The notes: generated from the sequence alone by a model not told the origin. 64,000 bases of DNA from Tolypothrix carrinoi HA7290-LM1 (GCA_019358935.1 JAHHIK010000008.1:52153-116152); one strand, 5' to 3'. Positions 21,389-32,483 are shown, counted from the first letter of the stretch. Numbers and translations are program-made.

Positions 21389-21838
21389 CTAACGTCGCAG
21401 AGATAATCTCGGTCGATTATCTAGCTGTTTGCAAAGCCTTAATTCTGTGCCTTTGCGGTTCCACTCTACCTGATCGAAAATGTGATGCAGTAGAGTCATA
21501 CCCCGACCGTTTTCTGACTCATCTGGGGGTAGATAATCTGTGGGATCGCGATCGCATGTACAACATGGACTAAATCCGCTGCCTTGATCTGATATAATCC
21601 ACCAATACTGATTATCTATTAAGGAAAAACGGACTACTACTGTTTTTCCGGGATCGAGATGATTGCCATGTTTTGCTGCATTGACTAGGGCTTCTTGAAG
21701 TCCCAGTCGCAGCTCGGCTTGCAACTTCACGGGAATTTCTGCCAATAGTAAATCTAAGATTGGACAGAGATATAGAGTTGAGGCGAAACTAATTGTGCCC
21801 CAATTACGTCCAACTGGACGGAGCGAAATGGTAATCAC
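21389..21838 (-). CDS. pmgA: Anti-sigma-factor-like HATPase protein PmgA
   Basis: [49 protein letters not shown]. Confidence 0.8.
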   Translation of the reverse strand: MITISLRPVGRNWGTISFASTLYLCPILDLLLAEIPVKLQAELRLGLQEALVNAAKHGNHLDPGKTVVVRFSLIDNQYWWIISDQGSGFSPCCTCDRDPTDYLPPDESENGRGMTLLHHIFDQVEWNRKGTELRLCKQLDNRPRLSLRR

Positions 21839-22259
21839 AAGAGAAACCCCATAGCCTTCAGTTAGCTAGACATCAGTTTGCACACGCAGGTACCCTGATA
21901 TAAGTTGAGGTGGTCGTGCTGCCTTCAAACTAGCGTCTTCAAAACTAAGTTGTGAAAATACTGTGGAGCATCGGTTATCTTCATGAATTGCGGTTGCTTA
22001 TCTAAAACGGCTTGCATAAACTTTCAGTTGGGCAGTTAGCAACTAAAGATGCTTTCAATAATCTAGAAGAGTATAGCGATACTCTTTTACCTGCCGATTC
22101 GGAATTTAAACAACCAAATTCAAGTTTAGGAGTAACCCATACAACTTCAATTTCTTTATAGAAATGGAATTCAATGAATTCTATGTTTAGCTTAATTCAA
22201 TTTTAGCATTTTTCCTATGCACTAGACTAAAAATAAAAAATTTGAGTTTTGTCAAGGGG

Positions 22260-23675
22260 CTAAATACCCTTGCCAGAAGCTGATAAAACTAGAATTGCGG
22301 CTGCTTCGACATGAGCGGTTTGAGGAAAAAAGTCAGCGGGTTGGATTCGTGTAATGGTATACATTCCATCTGCACAAAGTAGTTTTAAATCACGAGCGAG
22401 GGTGGCTACTTTACAGCTGACGTAAACGATGCGGGGGGGTTGCTTACGCCTTAAAGATTCGATGACATCGCTCGCGCATCCTTTACGTGGCGGATCTAAT
22501 AACACAATATCGGGCGAAATGTCAGGATGCGGTAACAATTTTTCAACTGCGCCGACAACAAAAGTTACATTATTAATATTGTTATTTCGCGCATTTAAAA
22601 TAGCCTGTTCGACCGCTTCGGCTTGCACTTCCAACCCCGTAATACTACGTACTTGTTTTGCCAAAGGCAAAGTTAACGTGCCTATACCACAATAAGCGTC
22701 AACTATAACTTCATTTCCTTGCAGATTCAGTTCTTTTTGAATTTCCTGTAAAAGCGCCTCGGCTGTTTCGGTGTAAACTTGAAAAAATGTATCTGGACGC
22801 ACTTGAAATTCTAATCCACAGAATTCTTCTCGCAGATAAGAAATTCCGGCAACGCAACGAGTTTCGTTACCAAAAATCGCATTAGTGCGATCGCTATTTC
22901 GATTTAAGCAGACTCCGACTAATCCGGGAAAGTTTTTTAACCACGCTGCGGAAAGCTTTTCAATTCCTGGTAAATTCCAGTCCTTGACTATTATTGTCAG
23001 CAACATTTCCCCAGTGCGCCGTCCAATGCGTAAACTAAGATGGCGTATTTGTCCAGTGTGACGACGTTCGTCGTAAACTTGCCATTGTGATGTGTGGATA
23101 TCTTGTTTAACTTGTGCGAGTAATGGATTTAATCGTGCGTCTTGCACGGGGCATTGATTTAAGTTAACTAATTGATGGCTACCTTTTTGGTAGTAACCAG
23201 CTTGAACTTGTCCGGTTGCCGATTTACCCACAGGATATGTAGATTTATTACGATAACCTAAAGCTGAAGGCGCTCTCAATACTGGGTCTACTGGTGGATG
23301 CACAAAACCGCCAATTCGTTCTAAAGCTTGAATAACTTGATTTTGTTTGGCTTGAAGTTGGTACTCATAGCTGATATGCTGCCACTGACAACCACCACAT
23401 TTATCAGCCACAATGCAACTAGGGCGGATGCGGTGGGGCGATGGTTGCGATAAGGAATGCAGTTTAGCGTGGGCGTATTTGGGTTTAACGTGTAATAAGC
23501 GTACCACTGCGCGATCGCCCGGTACAGTATCCGGAACAAAGACTACGCGCGAGTAGAAACGTCCCACACCATCCCCCGTATCACTCAAGTCTGTAATTTC
23601 AACTTCAATTAACTCTCCCTGTAGCCATTTGGGTGAATCATCTTCATCAGTGTGAAGCAATTCTGTAATCGACAC
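22260..23675 (-). CDS. rlmD: 23S rRNA (uracil-C5)-methyltransferase
   Basis: TRAM domain, C..CGGC, FFQV, DAYCGIG, LDPPRKG, YVSC, DFFPQTAHVE. Confidence 0.96.
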   Translation of the reverse strand: MSITELLHTDEDDSPKWLQGELIEVEITDLSDTGDGVGRFYSRVVFVPDTVPGDRAVVRLLHVKPKYAHAKLHSLSQPSPHRIRPSCIVADKCGGCQWQHISYEYQLQAKQNQVIQALERIGGFVHPPVDPVLRAPSALGYRNKSTYPVGKSATGQVQAGYYQKGSHQLVNLNQCPVQDARLNPLLAQVKQDIHTSQWQVYDERRHTGQIRHLSLRIGRRTGEMLLTIIVKDWNLPGIEKLSAAWLKNFPGLVGVCLNRNSDRTNAIFGNETRCVAGISYLREEFCGLEFQVRPDTFFQVYTETAEALLQEIQKELNLQGNEVIVDAYCGIGTLTLPLAKQVRSITGLEVQAEAVEQAILNARNNNINNVTFVVGAVEKLLPHPDISPDIVLLDPPRKGCASDVIESLRRKQPPRIVYVSCKVATLARDLKLLCADGMYTITRIQPADFFPQTAHVEAAAILVLSASGKGI

Positions 23676-23750
23676 CTTCTTATCTCCCTTTATTTGTGTA
23701 CCTAAGACTAGTTAAACTAGCAAGTAATATGTCGCGTGATTTTACTAATC

Positions 23751-24236
23751 ATGACTGTAATTAGCCAAGTTATTCTCAAAGCCGACGACGAACTGCGTTA
23801 TCCCAGCAGTGGTGAACTCAAAAACATCAAAGACTTCTTGCAAACCGGCGCACAGCGGATGCGAATTGTCACAACCTTAGCCGAAAACGAGAAAAAGATA
23901 GTTCAGGAAGCAACCAAACAGCTTTGGCAAAAGCGTCCTGACTTTATCGCACCTGGAGGCAACGCTTTCGGAGAGCGTCAACGTGCTTTATGTATCCGTG
24001 ATTACGGCTGGTACTTACGCCTAATTACTTATGGAGTGCTTGCCGGCGACAAAGAACCAATTGAAAAAATTGGTTTGATTGGCGTGCGGGAAATGTACAA
24101 TTCTTTAGGCGTTCCCGTACCAGGAATGGTAGAAGCGATCGCTTGTTTGAAAAAAGCCTCCCTTGACTTACTCAATTCCGAAGACGCTGCCGAAGCTTCC
24201 CCCTACTTTGATTACGTCATTCAATCGATGTCATAA
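23751..24236 (+). CDS. apcD: Allophycocyanin alpha-B subunit
   Basis: [41 protein letters not shown]; 161 aa from ATG 23751. Confidence 0.97.
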   Translation: MTVISQVILKADDELRYPSSGELKNIKDFLQTGAQRMRIVTTLAENEKKIVQEATKQLWQKRPDFIAPGGNAFGERQRALCIRDYGWYLRLITYGVLAGDKEPIEKIGLIGVREMYNSLGVPVPGMVEAIACLKKASLDLLNSEDAAEASPYFDYVIQSMS

Positions 24237-24474
24237 TCATGCGTGGGCGCTAATTTGAGCGTACACTTTTGGTCTACTAGAGTATCCATAAAATCTCTAA
24301 TTTGATCATACCCTCCCCACACTTGGTAGTGGCTCTGGCAGAATTCCTGTCAAGTTACCAACAGGTTGTGGGGAACTTTTATTTATGGGGCAATGGGCCC
24401 TATCGCAATTGTTTAATGGGCAATGGGTAATGGGCAATTGAAGAGGGGAAAAGCGGAAAGGGGAATGCCCCATG

Positions 24475-24519
24475 ACGCCAGTTGCCTCAACGGAGGACGC
24501 CTCCGCACGGCACTGCCTC
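24475..24519 (+). mobile_element. 45-nt hairpin mini-element inserted in an (ATGCCCC)n array
   Basis: acgccagttgcctcaacggaggacgcctccgcacggcactgcctc; removal restores the heptamer phase. Confidence 0.8.
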
Positions 24520-24553
24520 CCCCATGCCCAATGCCCAATGCCCCAGAATGCCA

Positions 24554-24591
24554 ATAAAAAACCGACAGACTTCTTCAAAAGGCTGTCGGCA
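24554..24591 (-). terminator. Orphan Rho-independent terminator
   Basis: Minus strand gccgacag-ccttttgaagaagt-ctgtcggt followed by ttttt; no CDS upstream on that strand. Confidence 0.6.
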
Positions 24592-25121
24592 ATTAGTGTG
24601 TTCCCTATTAATGACTCGGCTAGAGTTCAGTTATATGTAATTATGCCGGTTTACCCGTTTTTAGAAGACGATCTTAATCATGGGCATCAGTGATTGTCAT
24701 CACATGATTGTTGCAGCTTAACTGTATTTACCTAAAAAGAAATTTTTCACTTCGGATTTCTCCTATGCACATTTTGACAAAATAAACTGTATTTTTTGGT
24801 TACAACTTATTAAATTATCTAAATATCAAGGCATCTAATGGAAAATGCATAAAATTATCTATGCGATCGCAAAAACACTTCTACTCAACGCTTCTTTGGG
24901 TTGCACTATACCCAATTAAGTTTTCACAAGCGACAAAATTACAGCTACACCCAATACTGTTGATGCCAGTTATAACTCAAAAATTAACAGAGGGCACACT
25001 AAAATGCCATAATTTCTGTTGAAGGCGAAAAAATCCCGATTACACTAAGACTTTACGACCAATACAGTCACTTATTCACTTTGCGGCACATAATATTTTT
25101 GAGTTTTTCAAATCAAAGAAA

Positions 25122-25952
25122 GTGAGAACTGACACGATATTTTATCAACTTTTTCAGACTTTGCCTGGTATTCTCTTTGAACTCATCGGTCAATCTGCTA
25201 ATCAAGCAGAAGCTTATCAGTTTGCATCTGTTGAAATCAAAGAATTAGCCTTTCGCTTCGATGGTTTGTTTTTACCTTTAGCGGATTTGCCCGAACAACC
25301 CATCTACTTTGTCGAAGTTCAGTTTCAACCCAAAACCGATTTTTACTGGCGATTGTTTGCCGAAATCTTCGTTTACTTAAATCAATACCAACCGATTCAA
25401 GATTGGCGTGCAGTAGCAGTGTTTGCCAAACGAAGTTTAGATCCAGGCGTACCGATGCAGTACAGAGGATTGCTGATGAGTCAGCAAGTCACATTTGTGT
25501 ATTTAGATGAATTAGAGTCAACAGTAAATACGTCCCTTGGTTTAGGAATAGTGCAGTTAGTAGTTGAGGAGGAAGCGACAGTTAATGAACAAGCTAGGCA
25601 ATTACTTCAGAAAGCACAGCAGGAACTTGAAGATGTTGCCCTCAGGCAGAAAGTTTTAGAATTGATAGAGACGATATTGGTTTATAAGTTGACCAATTTA
25701 AGCCGCGAGGAGATAGAAGCTATGTTTGGGTTAAGTGAGTTAAAGCAGACAAGGTATTTTCGAGAAGTCGCACAAGATGCCAAAAAAGAGGGCAAACTAC
25801 AGGGCAAACTAGAAACAGTACCCCTATTATTGGAGTTGGGGTTGACTGTCGAACAGATAGCTGAAAGATTAAGCTTGGATGTTGAAGCGGTAAGAAAGGC
25901 TGCACAAACGTCTTCTGTTGATAATTCCCAAGGTGAAGATACAGGAATTTAG
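25122..25952 (+). CDS. Rpn-family (DUF2887-like) nuclease / putative transposase
   Basis: RTDTIFYQLF, SVEIKELAFRFDG, IYFVEVQFQ, C-terminal EGKLQGKLE..LTVEQIAERLSL. Confidence 0.88.
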   Translation: MRTDTIFYQLFQTLPGILFELIGQSANQAEAYQFASVEIKELAFRFDGLFLPLADLPEQPIYFVEVQFQPKTDFYWRLFAEIFVYLNQYQPIQDWRAVAVFAKRSLDPGVPMQYRGLLMSQQVTFVYLDELESTVNTSLGLGIVQLVVEEEATVNEQARQLLQKAQQELEDVALRQKVLELIETILVYKLTNLSREEIEAMFGLSELKQTRYFREVAQDAKKEGKLQGKLETVPLLLELGLTVEQIAERLSLDVEAVRKAAQTSSVDNSQGEDTGI

Positions 25953-26054
25953 TGATTTAATGAAGAGCGATCGCGCTTATAGTTTGCTGTGATGAAGTGC
26001 GATCGCTATTCTAAATTAGTCTAAGATAGTTGTCTAATTTTGCTTTTTCAAAAT

Positions 26055-26927
26055 TTAAATGCTAACAGCAAGTATTTGAGCTTTTTTTTGCTCGAACTCT
26101 TGATTGCTAATGATGCCAGAATTTCTTGCATTTTCGAGTTGTTTTAATTTTTCTGCAAATGCAATTTCATTTTTAATTGCCGCAGACTTATTATCAAACT
26201 CTTCTTGACTGAGTATTCCGGCTGCTAGAGCAACTTTTAATTGCGATAGTTTACCGTCCATTTCCACATTTGATGACTGTGCCATCAATTCTGCTTTCTT
26301 TATCTCATATTCCTCTTGGGTTAAAATTCCCGCATTTAAAGCATTTTTTAGCTTTGTCAGCTTATCGTTAAGCTCTTGATTTTTTTTGCGATCGACAGCC
26401 TGATTTTCAATTTCTCTTCTCTTTGCATGATATGCTACTTCATCAATTAATCCTTGGTCAAATACTTCTTTTAGTTGTTTCAGCTTTTCTTCTACAGATT
26501 GTTCAGCCTTCAAAACAGTAATTTCTCGTTCTGATTTTGCCTTTTCACCAAAGATGGTCTTATTTTCAATAAAATTCCATATATCAGCTTCAATTTTTTT
26601 TGACCATCCAGCTGCCAATCCACTTCCAATAAGGCTGACACCTCCTGTGAGAACTGCGGCAACACCACCAGCAGCTAAATTTGTTGCCCATTCTCCCGTT
26701 CCGACTTCAACACAAAAGTCATTTGGTTGTCCCTCAATTAAAATATTAAAAGCTCTAGATGCTCCAACTGCTTTTCGCCATGCTTCCACTTTCTGAGCTT
26801 GTACAATCCACGCTTTTTCGGCTTTGTTGGATTGCACTTGATATCCCTGTTCGGAGAACCATGATTGAATATCTTTAGTTAAAGTATCCAAATCACAATT
26901 TTTGTTTTGATAAGGTTTCTTAGTCAT
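26055..26927 (-). CDS. Multi-SHOCT-domain protein with a glycine-rich hydrophobic hairpin
   Basis: Four L..LK...G(I/L)(I/L)...E(F/Y)..K(K/R) repeats; LAAGGVAAVLTGGVSLIGSGLAAG segment. Confidence 0.8.
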   Translation of the reverse strand: MTKKPYQNKNCDLDTLTKDIQSWFSEQGYQVQSNKAEKAWIVQAQKVEAWRKAVGASRAFNILIEGQPNDFCVEVGTGEWATNLAAGGVAAVLTGGVSLIGSGLAAGWSKKIEADIWNFIENKTIFGEKAKSEREITVLKAEQSVEEKLKQLKEVFDQGLIDEVAYHAKRREIENQAVDRKKNQELNDKLTKLKNALNAGILTQEEYEIKKAELMAQSSNVEMDGKLSQLKVALAAGILSQEEFDNKSAAIKNEIAFAEKLKQLENARNSGIISNQEFEQKKAQILAVSI

Positions 26928-27050
26928 GAGTTTTACCCGCTCAATAATAATGTCTTGTCTACATGATTTTCTTAAGTTTATATGATTATTGTGTAGAGTG
27001 TTTTTACTGAAAATTATACGATTTAAATGATATTTACATGATTTTTTGAT

Positions 27051-27407
27051 ATGGCGTTCTCCTTGGGCAAATGCCTTAAGGCTACTCGCGAATCTCTAGG
27101 TATGACTCAGGAGCAAGTCATTGAGCAGCTAGAGCTTCGTTACGGGATAACACTTAGTCAACAAGCTATATCGACTATTGAAAACGGAAAACGAAAGGTA
27201 GAAGCAGAAAAAGAATTACCTGCGCTAGCGGGAATTTACGGAAAATCAATAGATTACTTTTACGAAACCCTAGAATTACCCACTGCACCCGCACCTGCCC
27301 CAAGCGGCGTTAAGTCTATAATTACCGTTGACTTAGAAGCGCTTACCCAGCGCGATAAGCTAGAGTTAGCAGCAAAACTGATTCATAACGTCTTGCAACA
27401 AACCTAG
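27051..27407 (+). CDS. XRE-family helix-turn-helix regulator
   Basis: LKATRESLGMTQEQV..LSQQAISTIENGKRKV..LAGIYGKSIDYF. Confidence 0.9.
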   Translation: MAFSLGKCLKATRESLGMTQEQVIEQLELRYGITLSQQAISTIENGKRKVEAEKELPALAGIYGKSIDYFYETLELPTAPAPAPSGVKSIITVDLEALTQRDKLELAAKLIHNVLQQT

Positions 27408-27419
27408 CTTGGGGTAACG

Positions 27420-27734
27420 ATGGCAACAGAACAAAAACACAGCACTTATTTATCAGAAGCCGAAAGTCGTTTGCGTCAACTTTCTCTTGAGAAGTTGCGA
27501 GTAGCAGTTGCAATTATTGCTTATCTGCAAAAAACAGAAGAAAGCGAAGCAACTGAGAAACTATTATTAAATATTCCTGATTTTGCCGAATCTTTCCGCG
27601 AAATTGAACAAAGCGAAGACAAATTAGAAAATACTGCCTCAAATCAGATTGCCTCAGATGAGGAAGTATGGCAGGCTTATTTAGCAGTTGAAAAAAAATG
27701 GGAAGAGGTATTCCGTCGCCTTGCAGACTCCTAA
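27420..27734 (+). CDS. Putative antitoxin upstream of Doc
   Basis: Small acidic protein overlapping the doc start; C-terminal WEEVFRRLADS. Confidence 0.6.
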   Translation: MATEQKHSTYLSEAESRLRQLSLEKLRVAVAIIAYLQKTEESEATEKLLLNIPDFAESFREIEQSEDKLENTASNQIASDEEVWQAYLAVEKKWEEVFRRLADS

Positions 27735-28122
27735 ATTTCTCACTATTTCTCAAGTCTTAGATATTCACCAACGCCAAATTCAAAGATTTGGTGGAACAAA
27801 TGGCGTCAGAGACGAAGGTTTGCTAGATTCAGCACTGGCACAACCTCAAGCTACCTTTGGCGGTGAACTTCTTCATCCTACAATTGGTGAGCAAGCAGCA
27901 GCATACCTCTACCATTTAGCAATGAACCATCCGTTTATTGATGGCAACAAGCGCACCGCTTTCGCTGTTATGCTTACTTTTGTGGACTTGAACGCCTACA
28001 CTCTCAACCTATCTCAAGAGCAAGCTTACAACTTGGTGATTCAAGTAGTTCAGAGGGAAATGTCCTTCATAAGAATTATCTGCATTTCTGAAACTGCATT
28101 TACAGCGCCTGTAAATCGATAG
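27721..28122 (+). CDS. Doc/Fic-family toxin (C-terminus probably frameshifted)
   Basis: GVRDEGLLDSALAQP, NHPFIDGNKRTA Fic motif; likely TTG start at 27721. Confidence 0.9.
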   Translation: MQTPKFLTISQVLDIHQRQIQRFGGTNGVRDEGLLDSALAQPQATFGGELLHPTIGEQAAAYLYHLAMNHPFIDGNKRTAFAVMLTFVDLNAYTLNLSQEQAYNLVIQVVQREMSFIRIICISETAFTAPVNR

Positions 28123-28157
28123 AATAATTCTCTGTCCCCCAGAGTGCATTACTTCCC

Positions 28158-31100
28158 ATGACTGCAAGCTCAAAACCAGCCTTTTCCGCTGAAGAAATTG
28201 CCGCCGAAGGTTTAAAGCCAGAAGAATATGAAGAAATTGTCCGCAGGTTAGGGCGTCATCCCAACAAAGCCGAACTGGGAATGTTTGGGGTGATGTGGTC
28301 AGAGCATTGTTGTTACAAAAATTCACGACCGCTATTAAAACAGTTTCCCACGACAGGCGATCGCATTCTTGTTGGTCCCGGTGAAAATGCTGGTGTTGTC
28401 GATTTAGGCGACGGGCTGCAACTTGCCTTTAAAATTGAATCTCATAACCACCCTTCAGCCGTCGAACCGTTTCAAGGAGCCGCCACAGGCGTAGGAGGTA
28501 TCCTCAGAGATATATTTACAATGGGTGCGCGTCCCATTGCTCTTTTAAACTCCTTGCGCTTCGGTTCCCTAGAAGATGCCAAAACTCAACGGCTTTTCAG
28601 CGGCGTGGTAGCAGGTATAAGTCACTACGGTAATTGCTTAGTAGGCAAAGAAACATTTATTTGGCGCGATGTTACAGGCGTACATTTTGACACTATCGGC
28701 AACTTTGTAGAATCGCGGTTGCACTCAAATTACACAACTTTAGAATTAGATGACGCTATTGCTGTTGAGACTCTTTCTATAGACCCTGACACTCACGAAA
28801 GTTGTTGGCAGCGTGTGCGGCGTGTGTTTAAACGATGTACTAACACATTGATAACTATTCGTACATCCCTTGGTCGTACCCTCACGGTAACACCCGATCA
28901 TCCGATGTTAATTCGCTCAAGTAGTGATTGGGATATTTGTGTTGCCCAAAACTTAAAAGTTGGTCACGAATTGCCGATACTAATTTCCTTACCGCGATCG
29001 CAACAACAAAGTACACCAGCCATCGATTTACTTAGTGCTTTGGATGTGCAGCAACATCAAAATGTTTATGTACAACTGCCTGCAAATTGGCAAGCTACAG
29101 ATACTGTCCGTACAGCTTTGCGCTTGCTAGAATTTTCTGCCAGCGATCGTCACAAATATCTCACAACTGGTAGACTACCTCTAGAGCATTTTCTCAGTTT
29201 AGAAAAACTACTGAATGTGTCGCGTAGCGAAGTTTGCCTCTTCCGTCGGGGAAAAGCAAATTACATGAAGGCAGTTATTCAACCAAATGAGCAGTTTGCA
29301 CGCTTGCTTGGCTATTACCTTTCAGAGGGATGTGTTTCTCAAAACGCGAAGACCTATAAAATTATCTTCACCTTTGCCCTGCATGAAACCGAATATGTCA
29401 ATGATGTTGTGCATGGGCTAAAAAATTTGGGACTGCGCCCTTGTGTTGAAAAACGAACTTCTACAATTGCTGTTTATGCCACTTCATGGTTGTTTGGACA
29501 TATTTTGAAAAATGTTTGGCACTGCGGCACTAAAGCAAGTGATAAAGCTTTTCCCAGCTTTGTTTTCCAATGGTCGCCTAACTTACAGCATGAAGTTCTT
29601 AAAGGTTTGTTTAGAGGAGATGGTTCCCTAACCACAAAAACTCATGGAAATCATGCCAAAATCAGCTTTGCAACTACCAGTCGCAAATTGTTTGACCAAA
29701 CAGTCGCACTCGTTCAAAATCAGGGAGCAATTCCCTATATTTATCAGCGTCCAGCATCATCAGGACAAATTGAAGGGCGCAAGCATATACGCTTACCACT
29801 GTGGCAGTTAGAAATTAACAACTTCGCTGGACTGAAAACCCTAGAAAATGTCTTTTCCCAAGAACGCACTGCACAATTAGCCACAGCGCTGGCACGCTAT
29901 AACAAGGAAAAATATTCATTTCCGCGTTTCCGTAAATTCTCAGATGAGGTGGCAGTTGTCAAGATTAAAAGCATAGAAATTAATACAGTTGATGAATGTG
30001 ATGTCTATGATGTTGAAGTAGACAATACTCATCTTTTCGTCACTACTTCTGGCATTGTCACACATAACTGCGTTGGAGTGCCCACTGTCGGTGGCGAAGT
30101 TTATTTTGATGCCGCTTACTCCGGGAATCCCCTAGTAAACGTTATGGCGCTAGGATTGATGGAAACTCCAGAAATTGTCAAATCTGGCGCATCTGGTTTA
30201 GGCAACCCAGTATTGTATGTTGGTTCTACCACCGGACGCGATGGTATGGGAGGGGCAAGTTTTGCCAGCGCAGAACTCAGCGATGAATCACTAGATAACC
30301 GTCCTGCGGTGCAAGTTGGCGATCCCTTTTTAGAAAAGTCGTTAATTGAAGCTTGCTTGGAAGCGTTTAAAACAGGTGCAGTCGTTGCCGCACAGGATAT
30401 GGGTGCAGCTGGCATCACTTGTTCTACATCAGAAATGGCTGCAAAAGGCGGTGTCGGCATTGAACTGGATTTAGATAAAATACCCGTGCGAGAATCGGGT
30501 ATGGTTCCCTATGAATATCTGCTTTCGGAATCTCAAGAAAGAATGCTGTTTGTGGCACACAAAGGACGCGAACAAGAATTAATCGATATTTTCCATCGGT
30601 GGGGACTGCAAGCGGTTGTTGCGGGAAAAGTTATAGCCGAACCCATTGTTAGAATATTATTCCAAGGTGGAATTGCCGCAGAAATTCCCGCTGAAGCTTT
30701 GGCAGAAAATACCCCATTGTATGAACGAGAATTATTGACAGAAGCACCAGAGTATGCTGTTAAAGCTTGGGAATGGACGCCTAATTCTCTCCCTGCTTGC
30801 ACAACTGCTGGCATTGAAATTCAAGGAAGCTTGCAAAGTTGGAATGATATTCTTTTGACTTTACTCGATACACCGACGATCGCATCAAAACGCTGGGTTT
30901 ATCGCCAATACGATCATCAAGTCCAAAATAACACCGTCATCTTACCAGGTGGCGCTGATGCCGCTGTCGTCCGGTTGCGTCCCCTTGAGGAGGACAAGGG
31001 GAGTGGGGGAGTGGGGGAGGGGGACGAGGGGACAAGGGGACAAGGAGGACAAGGGGGACAAGGGGGACAAGGGGGACAAGGGGGACTCCTTGGAGACAAT

Positions 31101-32153
31101 TCTTTCTCCCCCACTCCCACACTCCCCCACTCCCCCACTCCCCAACGCCAGTCGCTACAAACTCCTCCACCCCCGCAACGCGCTGGCTCCTCCCCACTCC
31201 CCACTCCCCAAAGTGCCGTTGCTGCGACGGTAGATTGCAATCCTCGTTACGTTTATCTTGACCCTTACGAGGGTGCTAAGGCAGTTGTTGCTGAAGCTGC
31301 ACGCAATCTTAGTTGTGTGGGTGCTGAACCTTTGGCTGTGACTGATAACTTAAATTTCGGCAGTCCGGAAAAACCGATTGGTTATTGGCAATTATCAGAA
31401 GCTTGTCGCGGTTTGGCTGAGGGTTGCCGAGAATTAGCAACGCCGGTTACTGGCGGTAATGTCTCACTTTACAATGAAACTTTCGACTCAGAAGGCAACC
31501 CGCAACCAATTTATCCTACCCCGGTTGTGGGGATGGTCGGGTTGATTCCGGATTTAAGCAAAATTTGCGGTCAAGCTTGGCAAGCTGAAGGCGATATTAT
31601 TTATCTTTTAGGATTGCCTTTAGAATCTAAAGTTGAATTGGGAGCATCGGAATATTTAGCCACTATCCATAATACTGTAGCTGGACACCCCCCACGGGTA
31701 GATTTTGAATTGGAAAGGTGTGTACAACGAATTTGCCGTGAAGGAATTCGCAATGGTTGGATTCGTTCAGCTCATGATTGTGCTGAAGGTGGTTTAGCTG
31801 TCGCTTTGGCAGAATGTTGCATTGCTGGCAAACTTGGTGCCGAAATTAATTTAGGATTAGCATCAAGCAATTCACAACTTCGATGGGATGAGGTGCTGTT
31901 TTCTGAAGGTGGAGCGCGAATTATCGTTTCTGTAGCGTTAGAACAGCAAGAAGTTTGGGAATCTTTATTAAATGAACAATTGGCTAATTATTGGCAAAAG
32001 CTGGGCAAGGTTAGTAATTCCAACACTGATTTGGGGGTGTTAACCTCTGATAACCAAAGTTTAATCAAGGTTAGGATCGAAGATATGAGCGATCGCTATT
32101 CCCATGCGATTGAAAGACGTTTAAAAGGTGCCGAGTTAAAAGTTATGAGTTAG
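28158..32153 (+). CDS. purL: Phosphoribosylformylglycinamidine synthase subunit PurL, with an intein and an in-frame repeat insertion
   Basis: [58 protein letters not shown]. Confidence 0.98.
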   Translation: MTASSKPAFSAEEIAAEGLKPEEYEEIVRRLGRHPNKAELGMFGVMWSEHCCYKNSRPLLKQFPTTGDRILVGPGENAGVVDLGDGLQLAFKIESHNHPSAVEPFQGAATGVGGILRDIFTMGARPIALLNSLRFGSLEDAKTQRLFSGVVAGISHYGNCLVGKETFIWRDVTGVHFDTIGNFVESRLHSNYTTLELDDAIAVETLSIDPDTHESCWQRVRRVFKRCTNTLITIRTSLGRTLTVTPDHPMLIRSSSDWDICVAQNLKVGHELPILISLPRSQQQSTPAIDLLSALDVQQHQNVYVQLPANWQATDTVRTALRLLEFSASDRHKYLTTGRLPLEHFLSLEKLLNVSRSEVCLFRRGKANYMKAVIQPNEQFARLLGYYLSEGCVSQNAKTYKIIFTFALHETEYVNDVVHGLKNLGLRPCVEKRTSTIAVYATSWLFGHILKNVWHCGTKASDKAFPSFVFQWSPNLQHEVLKGLFRGDGSLTTKTHGNHAKISFATTSRKLFDQTVALVQNQGAIPYIYQRPASSGQIEGRKHIRLPLWQLEINNFAGLKTLENVFSQERTAQLATALARYNKEKYSFPRFRKFSDEVAVVKIKSIEINTVDECDVYDVEVDNTHLFVTTSGIVTHNCVGVPTVGGEVYFDAAYSGNPLVNVMALGLMETPEIVKSGASGLGNPVLYVGSTTGRDGMGGASFASAELSDESLDNRPAVQVGDPFLEKSLIEACLEAFKTGAVVAAQDMGAAGITCSTSEMAAKGGVGIELDLDKIPVRESGMVPYEYLLSESQERMLFVAHKGREQELIDIFHRWGLQAVVAGKVIAEPIVRILFQGGIAAEIPAEALAENTPLYERELLTEAPEYAVKAWEWTPNSLPACTTAGIEIQGSLQSWNDILLTLLDTPTIASKRWVYRQYDHQVQNNTVILPGGADAAVVRLRPLEEDKGSGGVGEGDEGTRGQGGQGGQGGQGGQGGLLGDNSFSPTPTLPHSPTPQRQSLQTPPPPQRAGSSPLPTPQSAVAATVDCNPRYVYLDPYEGAKAVVAEAARNLSCVGAEPLAVTDNLNFGSPEKPIGYWQLSEACRGLAEGCRELATPVTGGNVSLYNETFDSEGNPQPIYPTPVVGMVGLIPDLSKICGQAWQAEGDIIYLLGLPLESKVELGASEYLATIHNTVAGHPPRVDFELERCVQRICREGIRNGWIRSAHDCAEGGLAVALAECCIAGKLGAEINLGLASSNSQLRWDEVLFSEGGARIIVSVALEQQEVWESLLNEQLANYWQKLGKVSNSNTDLGVLTSDNQSLIKVRIEDMSDRYSHAIERRLKGAELKVMS
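28635..30068 (+). mobile_element. Intein with LAGLIDADG homing endonuclease (478 aa) in purL
   Basis: N-terminal C (GN/CLVGKET), block [18 protein letters not shown] and LKGLFRGDG motifs, block F VYDVEV, C-terminal VTHN/C(+1). Confidence 0.96.
30990..31210 (+). repeat. In-frame STRR insertion within purL containing a 45-nt element (31145-31189)
   Basis: Encodes ..[44 protein letters not shown].. Confidence 0.9.
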
Positions 32154-32483
32154 GAGTTATGAGTTATGAGTTATGAGTTGAAGAAGGTTCTGAACCTCCT
32201 CATTCTTAACGAAAGCTCCTCCTGACTCCAGAAGAACTGACTCTTGACTCCCAACTCCGCTCCTCCCAACTTTCAACTTTGCTCCTCCGCTCCTCCGCTC
32301 CTCCGCTCCTCCGCTCCTCCTGACTATTCACCATAAATCCTTGCTAACCCCAGGCATGATTAAGGTACTGTTATATGTATATAGATTGTTAACGATTTGT
32401 TAAGGTCAGTTAATATTTCTGAAAACAATCACTTATATATCCATCCCACTGACTCAAAACCTCATCTGGAGCAAAGCTGTAGC

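Noticed and set aside
21125..21573. ORFs encoding GQG/GAG/LPL repeats
   Set aside because: These are translations of 9-mer STRR arrays.
21839..22259. Named ncRNA (e.g. 6S RNA) or riboswitch in the pmgA leader
   Set aside because: No consensus could be recognised by eye; an Infernal/Rfam search is needed.
24751..24756. DIF1 (TCCGGA) heterocyst promoter motif for the candidate sRNA
   Set aside because: Imperfect match (TCCGAA), and too far from the putative -10.
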